A DNA stretch of 62,871 bases, taken from IMG/VR virus record IMGVR_UViG_3300042381_000268, positions 1-62,871 of that record; one strand, 5' to 3'. Positions 50,166 through 58,817 of the stretch are shown here, in pieces (position 1 is the first letter of the stretch; each line of letters begins with the position of its first letter). The position numbers were made by a program, and so were the translations under genes. The notes under the pieces are model-generated. The model saw only the letters and a program-made list of their open reading frames with translations. It was not told the origin of the DNA and did no database searches. Source of the stretch: a virus. Its lineage: Duplodnaviria; Caudoviricetes.

Positions 50166-50504
50166 ATGAACAATCAAGAACAAACTTTGTCAAGTAAAGA
50201 ATTAATCGCTAATGCAATCGCTAAGCTAAGTCCAGAAGAATTAGCAGCAATCTATCCACCGATCGAACGAGCTAACTTTGTAGTCAGAAAATCTTGGCTA
50301 GGTCGTAATCAAGTTATAACATTCGTTAATAATAAAAATCAACGAATAACTTACAATCACGATGAAGTATTAAAAGTTATGCTACCGAAGCTATCTATAA
50401 TGCCATGTTGGATCAAGCGCGAATATTGGTCACAATCTACTGATATGCCAGCTAATGTTAGAAACTTAGCCAAAGTTGAAAATCTAGAGTCTACTGAAAA
50501 GTAG
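50166..50504 (+). CDS. Early hypothetical protein
   Basis: Follows promoter copy 3. Confidence 0.75.
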   Translation: MNNQEQTLSSKELIANAIAKLSPEELAAIYPPIERANFVVRKSWLGRNQVITFVNNKNQRITYNHDEVLKVMLPKLSIMPCWIKREYWSQSTDMPANVRNLAKVENLESTEK

Positions 50505-50612
50505 GCTTTGGATCAACCTCAACACGCTGTAATCGTTGGCCACGTTGCTATACACTTACAAGACGAATACGACGATCAAATGATAATATATATGAATATA
50601 AAAATTAATAAT

Positions 50613-50864
50613 ATGACTTTACTAAACAAACAAATCACTTCAAAACAAGACATTAAAAACTTCATTGACTACTTAGCAGCTAATAACATGCTCTATCACT
50701 TTGAAGATGATGCAAAAGACATATACAGCTGCAGTTCAGGCTTTGAAGAGCGAGCATTCACAGATGAGCAATGTGTATTACTAGATCAAAGAACTACTGA
50801 AATGCTCAGAGTTGATCATGAATACTCTTTTGATTATGCACTAGAAACTTATTTAAACGATTAA
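50613..50864 (+). CDS. Early hypothetical protein (start MTLLNK)
   Basis: Follows promoter copy 4. Confidence 0.7.
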   Translation: MTLLNKQITSKQDIKNFIDYLAANNMLYHFEDDAKDIYSCSSGFEERAFTDEQCVLLDQRTTEMLRVDHEYSFDYALETYLND

Positions 50865-50881
50865 ACAATATGAAAAACAGT

Positions 50882-50925
50882 GCGACGTTAGCCTACTATT
50901 TACTTAATTAAGTACCTAATGTCAC
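50882..50925. repeat. Long-spacer inverted repeat, copy B
   Basis: GCGACGTTAG-N24-CTAATGTCAC. Confidence 0.8.
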
Positions 50926-51006
50926 ACTTTTAACGGTCCCTTCGGTCCCTTAAGTAATTGCTATACACTTACGGGACGAATACGACCATATTTTGATAAT
51001 ATTAAT

Positions 51007-51054
51007 GGGCCTGGTGTTGAAATATCATCGGAAGAGTAGACTCCGCCCTACTCC
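51007..51054 (+). ncRNA. Candidate small structured RNA
   Basis: Directly after promoter copy 5 with no sizeable ORF; CTGGTG/CATCGG and GAGTAG/CTACTC stems. Confidence 0.35.
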
Positions 51055-51150
51055 TGCTATACATGCTATGCACCGCATTCGCTTGATCAACTCCTACAAG
51101 ACGAACACGAACTAAAATTGATAATATATATGAATCTAAAAACAAGTAAT

Positions 51151-51450
51151 ATGAAGTATATAATAAAACAAAGTACAGAGATTGTGTGGTGTGACCAAGA
51201 TGATAGGTATATTATGGTTATGAAAGAAGAAAATGAGATAATTGGGTTAAATTTCATGCAAGGTGACGAATTCGAGTACTTCGTTGAACACTATATGGAC
51301 ATTGACCATGAATTAACCGACTTCTATAACTCCATTAAGTACTATTTAAGTGGCGATTCCGAGTTAGATCGAGTAAATCAAGCAATTTGGGCACATTTTG
51401 ACTATAAAAATCGTAAATTTGAGCGAAAAACAGGGTTTATGCGTTCATAA
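51151..51450 (+). CDS. Early hypothetical protein
   Basis: Follows promoter copy 6. Confidence 0.7.
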   Translation: MKYIIKQSTEIVWCDQDDRYIMVMKEENEIIGLNFMQGDEFEYFVEHYMDIDHELTDFYNSIKYYLSGDSELDRVNQAIWAHFDYKNRKFERKTGFMRS

Positions 51451-51694
51451 CGAGGGGGTTATACCATTCTAACTATTTGATTGAGTAAACAAAGTTCAAC
51501 CTCTTACAATAACAATACGATTATAAATTGATAATATAAATGTAAGTATAACAAACAAATATAACTAATTATGAGAAGATTTAACAATGCATTTAGAGTG
51601 GTAGTATTAAAAGTGAAATTTGAGCTCTTAGAGGGCGCTAGAAACGCTGCATATGTGCTAAGTAAATAATGTTTAACTAATAAAAAATAGAATT

Positions 51695-51805
51695 ATGAGT
51701 ATGGTAAGTGAATGTTGTGGCGCGGCCACTGATATGACCGAGTACGGTTTATGTCCTGATTGTTATGAGCATTGCGAATTTTATGATGATGAAGAAGATG
51801 AATAG
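51695..51805 (+). CDS. 36-aa zinc-ribbon acidic peptide (not in ORF track)
   Basis: SECCGA...LCPDCYEHC. Confidence 0.65.
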   Translation: MSMVSECCGAATDMTEYGLCPDCYEHCEFYDDEEDE

Positions 51806-51903
51806 CGATGATATAGTAATGTTGATATGTATCTTTTACGGTACATTCGCAGTGGGAGCAGTGTTTTTAAAATGGTTTAATGATAAATATAATTGAGTAA
51901 ATT

Positions 51904-52074
51904 ATGGCAAAGTATAAAGTAAGAATTACAGAGTATTTAAGTAGAATTGTAGAGGTAGAAGTTAGCGATGAAGAATACGCTATCAAAGTAGTTAAAGATC
52001 TGTATTTCGATGGAGAAATAGTATTAGACTATGGCGATTTTGATGAAGTAGAATTTAATAATGTAGAAGAATGA
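51904..52074 (+). CDS. DpnD/PcfM-like small protein (not in ORF track)
   Basis: KYKVRITEYLSRIVEVE....AI..VKDLY..GEIVLD..DF..VEF. Confidence 0.65.
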   Translation: MAKYKVRITEYLSRIVEVEVSDEEYAIKVVKDLYFDGEIVLDYGDFDEVEFNNVEE

Positions 52075-52289
52075 GTTATCCAATAATAGAGTATTGTAAC
52101 CCGTGTTTTCCTGACGTACCACATTTTAAATGTTCTATAGACGGTACTACCCGACACACCACTGATCTTGATGAACTTAAAGAGTGGCGAAAAGAAATGG
52201 TTGACACCACTGATTACCGTGCTCAAGCTAAAATAATTACTAATATGGCAATGGAATCATTTGTCAAAGACCTAAAAAATAAAGATTAA
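52071..52289 (+). CDS. Hypothetical protein
   Basis: ATGA overlap with the upstream ORF. Confidence 0.65.
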   Translation: MSYPIIEYCNPCFPDVPHFKCSIDGTTRHTTDLDELKEWRKEMVDTTDYRAQAKIITNMAMESFVKDLKNKD

Positions 52290-52292
52290 CAA

Positions 52293-52364
52293 GGTTAATA
52301 TGCGAAATGGGATTACGCGCCATACTTTGATATGGAGATAGGGGTTCGACTCCCCTGTTAACCA
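52293..52364 (+). tRNA. Atypical tRNA-Gln(TTG)-like element
   Basis: Acceptor GGTTAAT/GTTAACC; T-arm AGGGG-TTCGACT-CCCCT; anticodon stem CCATA/TATGG with only a 6-nt loop CTTTGA. Confidence 0.65.
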
Positions 52365-52429
52365 CAAGATGTTTACAATATAAACACGACAGCGAAATGA
52401 TAATATAAATGTAACAAATAATATATACT

Positions 52430-52612
52430 ATGAAAAATTCAATTAAGTTCTTAAAAAACAATTTTATTAAAGTTAATGGCGTGCTATACACACCATATTT
52501 CGTCGGCGATCTACCGCAAAGCTTCGGCTTCATCTTCGATGCTGAAAATGAAAAAGACGGTATATCCAAATTCTTTAACTTCAAAGGTCTAACCTATATA
52601 ATCAAACCGTAA
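52430..52612 (+). CDS. Hypothetical protein
   Basis: Follows promoter copy 8. Confidence 0.7.
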   Translation: MKNSIKFLKNNFIKVNGVLYTPYFVGDLPQSFGFIFDAENEKDGISKFFNFKGLTYIIKP

Positions 52613-52613
52613 T

Positions 52614-52862
52614 ATGATAGTAGTAGCGAGTAATATGAAAGAAGCGTTGCAATACTTAAAAGAAAAGAAAGCGCGCAATTTAGCAAACCACCGATCAATT
52701 GTAGCAGTCAGTGGTTACTGTAAGCCCTTAAACATTAAGGAATACAAACAAGTGAAAACTGGTATGAAAGGTGCTGCTAATAGAAAAGCCAAGACCTTTA
52801 GCGTAACTAGATTATGGAACCACAATAACCTAACATTAAAACAAATTAAAGAACAATACTAA
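52614..52862 (+). CDS. Hypothetical basic protein
   Basis: Operon packing. Confidence 0.65.
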   Translation: MIVVASNMKEALQYLKEKKARNLANHRSIVAVSGYCKPLNIKEYKQVKTGMKGAANRKAKTFSVTRLWNHNNLTLKQIKEQY

Positions 52863-52863
52863 T

Positions 52864-53151
52864 ATGAAAAGACTAATAACTAAAAGCGAAGATACAGTAG
52901 CGTTATGCGATATTGAAGATACTTCAATTGTTGGTATACAATGGGAACGTGGCGATAAAGCTATGATAATTAGCTCACCGGATGGATTTTGCGCACTAAG
53001 TAATAGGCATAAACCTAACCTATGGAATGTATGGTATGCTCCGTCTACAAGAGAATATCTAGAGAGAGCACTAAGACAAGGTAACAATACAAAATCAAAA
53101 GCCTTTGTTTTCGATACAACATACGAGTTATACGAATGGATGAGTAATTAA
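52864..53151 (+). CDS. Hypothetical protein
   Basis: Operon packing. Confidence 0.7.
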   Translation: MKRLITKSEDTVALCDIEDTSIVGIQWERGDKAMIISSPDGFCALSNRHKPNLWNVWYAPSTREYLERALRQGNNTKSKAFVFDTTYELYEWMSN

Positions 53152-53164
53152 TAAATATATAGAT

Positions 53165-53356
53165 ATGAAAAAATTTAACGGATTTGAAGCGTGGTTAATT
53201 CTTGAAGGTTTAAAACTTGCAAGTGAAGATATGAAACAAGGTATTGAGCAAACTATTGCTAATGGTAAAATGCCTCTAATGACCACCGGCTATGTGGATA
53301 TGGTTATAAAAGATGCAGTTGAAAAAGTTAACAGTCTAACCATAAAACAAAAGTAA
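53165..53356 (+). CDS. Hypothetical protein
   Basis: Operon packing. Confidence 0.7.
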   Translation: MKKFNGFEAWLILEGLKLASEDMKQGIEQTIANGKMPLMTTGYVDMVIKDAVEKVNSLTIKQK

Positions 53357-53357
53357 T

Positions 53358-53624
53358 ATGAGTACAACCTTTGGCGTATTAAAAGAATATGTTGACCCTA
53401 TTAAAATAGTCGACGAAGATGGCGATCTATTATGGTACATAAGTGAAAATGCATTTGAACCTATATTCTTTAGAAGTATGAGACAAAGCAGATGGTTAAA
53501 TTGGGCAGGTGCATATATGAATGACGATACTATAGTATATGCATTAGACAATACCCGACAAGGTATCTATACCATAAAAGATTGTAAAGAATTATTAAAG
53601 AAAGAACAGGAAGCACAACTATAA
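53358..53624 (+). CDS. Hypothetical protein
   Basis: Operon packing. Confidence 0.7.
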   Translation: MSTTFGVLKEYVDPIKIVDEDGDLLWYISENAFEPIFFRSMRQSRWLNWAGAYMNDDTIVYALDNTRQGIYTIKDCKELLKKEQEAQL

Positions 53625-53710
53625 AGTAATTGATCTTAGCGTGCTATACACTTTTACAGTCTAAATACGACAACAAATTGATAATATAATTGAATCTAAA
53701 AACAAATAAA

Positions 53711-53953
53711 ATGAGCGATACAACAACTTTCGACCTAGTTAAAGAATTAGCAATGCTATCTAAAACTGTAAATTTCAGCGATTTCTATAATATAGATATT
53801 CGCCCTAATAAACCTGAGATCAGATTACAAGGCACATTTACCTATGCTACAGCCAAAACGGCTAAATCCTTAGGTATAAAACTAGAATTTGATAATGAAA
53901 CAACTATGCTTCGTGGTAATGACGGCATTATTTATATAACTTTAACTGAATAA
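53711..53953 (+). CDS. Hypothetical protein (start MSDTT)
   Basis: Follows promoter copy 9. Confidence 0.7.
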   Translation: MSDTTTFDLVKELAMLSKTVNFSDFYNIDIRPNKPEIRLQGTFTYATAKTAKSLGIKLEFDNETTMLRGNDGIIYITLTE

Positions 53954-53955
53954 CT

Positions 53956-54159
53956 ATGGATATAAAAATAAACTTAGTAGAGATCGCCTCTGAATTAGCG
54001 AATGATAGAGTATATGAGCAGATGACCTCTGAATATATGGGTGAAGCTGACATATATAAAACAAATAGTAAACTTATAGAATATACAGAATACGGACAAA
54101 AAGTATTTGATGGCTGGTATGATTACTATTATAACTTTATTAACAAATATAAAGATTAA
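53956..54159 (+). CDS. Hypothetical protein
   Basis: Operon packing. Confidence 0.7.
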   Translation: MDIKINLVEIASELANDRVYEQMTSEYMGEADIYKTNSKLIEYTEYGQKVFDGWYDYYYNFINKYKD

Positions 54160-54160
54160 T

Positions 54161-54346
54161 ATGAAAGATGAACAATTAGCATTTCAAGAAGCAAAAGCAT
54201 TTGAAGTATGGATGCGTGATACTATAAAGTCTGTACATTATGCGGACAATAAGTCAATGACAGAAGCATACGATAGAGTATTTAATAACAGTTTAGAAAT
54301 TATAGTATATGAGAACATTAAGCGACAAAGAAGCGAACCTAGTTAG
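54161..54346 (+). CDS. Hypothetical protein (start MKDEQ)
   Basis: Operon packing. Confidence 0.6.
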   Translation: MKDEQLAFQEAKAFEVWMRDTIKSVHYADNKSMTEAYDRVFNNSLEIIVYENIKRQRSEPS

Positions 54347-54530
54347 ACTAGCAGTATATGAGGGAGTTGACACCATTGTTGACAGGTTATGGACAGATTT
54401 TAAAATTTGTCAAACACAATTAACACCATTACAATCAGATAGATTTTGCGAATTCGAAGATCTGCTATACACATTTCTTTGCGAGCTCGCCGAAGATCAC
54501 GGTGTCTTACAGACTGAATACGATTCATAA
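54309..54530 (+). CDS. Hypothetical protein
   Basis: Operon packing. Confidence 0.6.
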   Translation: MRTLSDKEANLVRLAVYEGVDTIVDRLWTDFKICQTQLTPLQSDRFCEFEDLLYTFLCELAEDHGVLQTEYDS

Positions 54531-54563
54531 TTGATAATATAAATGTAACTAATAAAATATAAT

Positions 54564-54848
54564 ATGATAAATTTAAAGAAAGAATTTAGTACTGTGCAAT
54601 TCAGAAAATTCGTAGGCGATGAGGGTAAGTTATTTAGTGTAACTTTTAAGAAAAAAGACGGCACATTGCGTACTATGACTGCAAGATTAGGTGTCCGTAA
54701 GTATTTAACCGGCGGTGGTGCAAAATTTGATGCTGAACCAAGAGGTATGGTAAGAGTCTTTTCAATGAGAGATAAAGGTTATCGTACCGTAACCGCTGAA
54801 AAGATTACCAGAATAAAAGCTTATGGTAGAGTATTGGATCTACAATAA
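54564..54848 (+). CDS. SH3/WYL-like small phage protein
   Basis: FSVTFKKKDGTLRTM...KGYRTV motif. Confidence 0.7.
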   Translation: MINLKKEFSTVQFRKFVGDEGKLFSVTFKKKDGTLRTMTARLGVRKYLTGGGAKFDAEPRGMVRVFSMRDKGYRTVTAEKITRIKAYGRVLDLQ

Positions 54849-54899
54849 TAACACGATGCAAAAATGATAATATAAATGTAACTAATAAAATTTAATCTA

Positions 54900-55298
54900 A
54901 TGGAAAAAATAAATGAATTATTCGAACTTCAAGTAGCTATTGTTATTGATGCGTTCCCAAGCGTTTATACTAAAGATGATGTAATATCATTGCTAACCAC
55001 ATTGCGAACCCAAGTATTAATTGAAGTATCAGAATTAAACCCTATTGAAAGTATAACTGAAGAGCAATTCCAAGAATTTGCAAGTGATGTTCAAAATAAT
55101 CTTGAGCGATCTTTATGCAATGGCCAAATTGAAGTATATGATACGGGCTCTGCAGAATTTAGCATTGGTTACGATAATAAAATTCAAATTGAAAACATTG
55201 ACGTACTTACAGACAATATAACCGACGAGTTACACGATATATTACTTGATCAATTCCAAGTACATTTTAAAAAATTATTAACCAATAACCCTGAATAA
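54900..55298 (+). CDS. Acidic hypothetical protein
   Basis: Follows promoter copy 11. Confidence 0.75.
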   Translation: MEKINELFELQVAIVIDAFPSVYTKDDVISLLTTLRTQVLIEVSELNPIESITEEQFQEFASDVQNNLERSLCNGQIEVYDTGSAEFSIGYDNKIQIENIDVLTDNITDELHDILLDQFQVHFKKLLTNNPE

Positions 55299-55300
55299 AT

Positions 55301-55774
55301 ATGGCTAAAGCAAAAAAATTAAATTTAAAGACCGTACTAGACGAAATATTCCTTGAGGGCGGCGTAAGTTATAATGTAACTACTGGCGAAGTTAATCCTA
55401 AGTCTGGCTATATGGTTAGTATATTAGGGTTCGAAAAACAATATGACCTAGATACCATAAAAGCTAATGATCTTCGCGAGTATGTATTAGACAATGCTTA
55501 TGATCTATGGGGTGAGAATAGATTTGTAGGCGGCTGGATAAATACAGATACCAGCAAAGTTGTATTAGATGTTTCAGTAAACATTACGGATGTGACAAAT
55601 GCCTGTTATACCGGTATTATTAACCAACAAAAGTGTATATATGATTGTAGTAATAAACGTAATATATCTTTACCTTCACCTCAAACTGCAGGAACTGAAG
55701 TACAAAAGAAAGCGTATGCGAAAATGAAAGCAGAACAGTTAGCGTATTTATTAGAAACTACTGGTGTTGAGTAG
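55301..55774 (+). CDS. Hypothetical phage protein
   Basis: GYMVS..VGGW..VVLDVS..QKCIYD pattern. Confidence 0.75.
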   Translation: MAKAKKLNLKTVLDEIFLEGGVSYNVTTGEVNPKSGYMVSILGFEKQYDLDTIKANDLREYVLDNAYDLWGENRFVGGWINTDTSKVVLDVSVNITDVTNACYTGIINQQKCIYDCSNKRNISLPSPQTAGTEVQKKAYAKMKAEQLAYLLETTGVE

Positions 55775-55787
55775 TTATAGTGCTATA

Positions 55788-56126
55788 CACGGTTGTTCAC
55801 TAGAGTGCACGTATGTGGTGCCGTGTTATTTACCATTTGAGATGAACAACGCGCCTAAGTTAACGGGTAACAAAGCGGGCCGGCAACTCCGGGTAGCGAA
55901 TGGTTGAGCGTGGGAAACAGCACGTAATGCTGAATAAATTGTATGATCACTGGGAACTATAATCGCCACAAAACAGTTTAAATAGTCAATGTATGTGCTG
56001 CGTATCATTGAACTTACCTATATCATATTTTGTTGATTATTTCGGGGTTACGGAAACATTGTCCAATCAGTGCTGGTTGGTTGTAATCGAAACGCAAATA
56101 AAGTAGTAACCGGCTTGCGAGTCAAC
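55788..56126 (+). ncRNA. Candidate structured non-coding RNA
   Basis: Relatively GC-rich tract without a credible ORF and with several complementary segments, upstream of the tRNA-like elements. Confidence 0.45.
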
Positions 56127-56129
56127 TAA

Positions 56130-56201
56130 GAACTAAGTATGGTTTGCCATTAGCAGAACACAACCGACGGGTTAAGGGGTTCGATTCCCCTTTTAGTTCC
56201 A
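56130..56201 (+). ncRNA. tRNA-like element lacking a normal anticodon arm
   Basis: GAACTAAG/TTTAGTTC stem plus AGGGG-TTCGATT-CCCCT T-arm. Confidence 0.55.
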
Positions 56202-56205
56202 AATT

Positions 56206-56296
56206 GTCGAGATTGATGTAACTGGGAATGAATACCAGCTAGGGTAACACGGTGTAATACTACACTTCATAAGGGTTCGAATCCCTTATCTCGACC
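56206..56296 (+). ncRNA. tRNA-like element with expanded D-loop and truncated anticodon loop
   Basis: GTCGAGAT/ATCTCGAC stem; AAGGG-TTCGAAT-CCCTT T-arm; GTGTA-ATAC-TACAC arm. Confidence 0.6.
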
Positions 56297-56365
56297 TAAA
56301 TTAAGTCCTACAGTCTGGACACGATCAAATAATGATAATATAAATGTAACAAAAACAAATTAACT

Positions 56366-56839
56366 ATGAATATATTTTATTTATCTGAAGACCCTAATGA
56401 AGCGGCTAAGTATATGTATAACAAGCATGTAGTAAAAATGATCCTTGAGTCTGCGCAATTATTATGTACCGCTCATATCATTTCTGACGGCGAAGCTGCT
56501 GATGTTCCTTACAAAGCAACGCATAAAAATCATCCGTCTGCAATATGGGCACGTGAGTCTGTATCTAACTATATATGGTTGTATGATCATATGATTGCAT
56601 TGGGTAATGAGTATACACGTCGTTATGGCAAAAAACATTTAACAATATTAAAGTGTAGCGGCGCATTATGTAAAGCTCCAAACAATGTTACTAAAGTCGA
56701 TCTAACGCCTATGCCACAATGTATGCCTGATCAATACAAAGTTCCCGGCAATAGTGTAGAAGCATACTGGAATTATTATGAAGCAGAAAAAGTAAGCGTA
56801 AAAAACTCAAACGAAAGTATAATAACTAGACCTAAATAA
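56366..56839 (+). CDS. Pyrimidine-dimer DNA glycosylase (DenV-like) family protein
   Basis: MNIFYL...KHVVKMILESAQLL...HKNHPSAIW...EYTRRYGKKH. Confidence 0.8.
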   Translation: MNIFYLSEDPNEAAKYMYNKHVVKMILESAQLLCTAHIISDGEAADVPYKATHKNHPSAIWARESVSNYIWLYDHMIALGNEYTRRYGKKHLTILKCSGALCKAPNNVTKVDLTPMPQCMPDQYKVPGNSVEAYWNYYEAEKVSVKNSNESIITRPK

Positions 56840-56840
56840 C

Positions 56841-57422
56841 ATGAAACAATTAACTGATATTCAATTAGCGGAAATAAATAGTAATCTTGATAATTACTTT
56901 TCCTTAGCAACTGACGGCGATATTGATAACGGTATCGCATGGTATAAGCAAGCACATTATATCTGCAAAGATCTATCTAAACAGTATAATGTACCTATTG
57001 CTGTTGTTGCAAGTATTGTTAGCGCATTGTCGCCACGTAATAAATGGAATCAAAACATTAAAGATACCATAACCGTGCTAAATGCTATACACAATAATCT
57101 TTCGCCAGACGATATCAAAGTTTGCACATTCCACAAAAATAAGTACAAAGCATTTCTATTAGGTCAAAGAAAAGCTCAAATCACTGAACAAAGTTTGAAA
57201 ACATTTAACTTTGTGCGCAATATTGCTGATCTTGATGAAAATTCAATTACTATTGACGTGTGGCATTTGCGTGCTTGCTTTGGTAAAACAATAAAGAATG
57301 TGCCTACACCTACTGTTTATGCACAAATCAAAGAATTAACAATTAACAAAGCAAAGGCTAAAGGCTTAAAAGGTTTTGAGTATCAAGCAATTATATGGAA
57401 TTCGGTAAAAAACAATTTTTAA
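56841..57422 (+). CDS. Putative DNA glycosylase-like phage protein
   Basis: WY..AH..ALSPRNKW..N..K.FNF..NI..ITIDVWH.R..QAIIW, with a HhH-GPD-like C-terminus. Confidence 0.55.
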   Translation: MKQLTDIQLAEINSNLDNYFSLATDGDIDNGIAWYKQAHYICKDLSKQYNVPIAVVASIVSALSPRNKWNQNIKDTITVLNAIHNNLSPDDIKVCTFHKNKYKAFLLGQRKAQITEQSLKTFNFVRNIADLDENSITIDVWHLRACFGKTIKNVPTPTVYAQIKELTINKAKAKGLKGFEYQAIIWNSVKNNF

Positions 57423-57423
57423 T

Positions 57424-57621
57424 ATGGACAAAGAAATCAAAGAAGCAGCACAAGATAAAATCTACGCAATATACTTTAATCTAATGCGTGAAAGTTTACA
57501 ACTAGATAAGTACTGGAAAGTTGATCCAGATAGAGCAATTGAATTAGAAAAATCACACGATAAAGAAGTGGCAGTGTATTCTTATATATTAGGTTTAATA
57601 GAAAAAGATAATAAATTATGA
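57424..57621 (+). CDS. Hypothetical protein
   Basis: Operon packing. Confidence 0.65.
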   Translation: MDKEIKEAAQDKIYAIYFNLMRESLQLDKYWKVDPDRAIELEKSHDKEVAVYSYILGLIEKDNKL

Positions 57622-57818
57622 CAGCAGTAGAATGGTTAGAAGAGTGTTTAACAGAGCAATATCCAAACGGTAAATTTGTTTGGAATACACGAGCAGATAT
57701 AGAAGTTTTATTTAAACAAGCTAAAATAATGGAAAAGCAACAGATTGAAACCGCATATAATAAAGGAGTGCCTTTTAAATATGGAAAAGAATATTATGAA
57801 GAAACATTTAAAAAATAA
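57618..57818 (+). CDS. Small phage protein (TAVEWL...EKQQI family)
   Basis: Motif recurrent in flavobacterial-type phages. Confidence 0.7.
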   Translation: MTAVEWLEECLTEQYPNGKFVWNTRADIEVLFKQAKIMEKQQIETAYNKGVPFKYGKEYYEETFKK

Positions 57819-57821
57819 ATT

Positions 57822-58025
57822 ATGGAAAGAACTAAAGACTTTGTAGATCAAATAATGCAATTTGAATCTGGTATGCTTAATGATAAAGAAATAATAGAAC
57901 TGTTTTCAGATATGGTAAAAACTGATGTAGCATGGTCATTACAAGGTCATTATGGTAGAGCAGCATCCGCTCTTATAGAAGGTGGTTGGTTAGATAAAGA
58001 AGGTAATATATTAAAAAACTTATAA
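57822..58025 (+). CDS. Small phage protein
   Basis: E.G.L..AWSLQGHYGRAA..LI..G motif. Confidence 0.7.
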   Translation: MERTKDFVDQIMQFESGMLNDKEIIELFSDMVKTDVAWSLQGHYGRAASALIEGGWLDKEGNILKNL

Positions 58026-58029
58026 TAAC

Positions 58030-58572
58030 ATGACAACATATAAAAATAGATACAATGATGTATTTACATTCACTAAAGATGACAACAATGATATTTTATG
58101 GGAGGGTAACTTTCAATATTCTAGATTTGGTATGCCTAATGATTATACTAAAGCCTTTAATGCATTTGTTGCTGATGGAGGTAAGTTTAGTTTTAATGAA
58201 TTTAAGAAAGCCGTGCATGAATGGGATGATGAAATTAATGATTATTCTTATCCTAAATATGTAAGAATGGTTGAATCATTATCTAATGAGATTGATATGG
58301 TAGACCCAAGTGGCGGCCCTTATATTACTAGTGGCATGTCATTAGACAGTTTCGGATTTAAAGGTTATGTAGTTAAAGACTTTAAAAAAATTGATACCGG
58401 TTATAAAATCGTTACAGAAAAATGCGGCGGTTGCAATAAACCTGGTGCTATACACAAAATGTCATGCCCTACCAAAAAATTTGCTGTTTTTATTGCTAAT
58501 GAAATAATAGAAGCATACTATGATCAAATGGATAAAGAGGTTCATCAAAATAGAGGTAATTTAAACAAATAA
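58030..58572 (+). CDS. Hypothetical protein
   Basis: MVDPSGGPYI motif; C-terminal CxxC..H..C. Confidence 0.7.
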   Translation: MTTYKNRYNDVFTFTKDDNNDILWEGNFQYSRFGMPNDYTKAFNAFVADGGKFSFNEFKKAVHEWDDEINDYSYPKYVRMVESLSNEIDMVDPSGGPYITSGMSLDSFGFKGYVVKDFKKIDTGYKIVTEKCGGCNKPGAIHKMSCPTKKFAVFIANEIIEAYYDQMDKEVHQNRGNLNK

Positions 58573-58574
58573 TT

Positions 58575-58817
58575 ATGAAACAAGAAACACTTGAAGAAGT
58601 TGCTGAAAGATTATACCCAAGACAAAAACCTAATTCTTATTATGGTAATATAGAATTATTAGAACAAGAAGCGTTTGAACAAGGTGCTAAATGGCAACAA
58701 GAAAGAAGTTATAGTGAGGAGGAAGTGATAGCATTTGGAGAGTTTATATTTAAACATACTTTATTAGCACATGCCAAAGGAGTTAAAAATTTATTTGAAC
58801 AATTTAAAAACAAATAA
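58575..58817 (+). CDS. Small phage protein (ETLEE...GAKWQQER family)
   Basis: Recurrent motif; operon packing. Confidence 0.7.
   Translation: MKQETLEEVAERLYPRQKPNSYYGNIELLEQEAFEQGAKWQQERSYSEEEVIAFGEFIFKHTLLAHAKGVKNLFEQFKNK

Noticed and set aside
49542-53710. Shared N-terminal peptide MIIYMN(L/I)K in several early ORFs
   Set aside because: It is simply the translation of the promoter motif; the true starts lie downstream.
55950-56201. tmRNA (GGAACTA at 55953 pairing with TAGTTCCA)
   Set aside because: The pairing is out of register with the T-arm, there is no G3:U70 alanine identity or tag ORF, and the nearer GAACTAAG pairs better.
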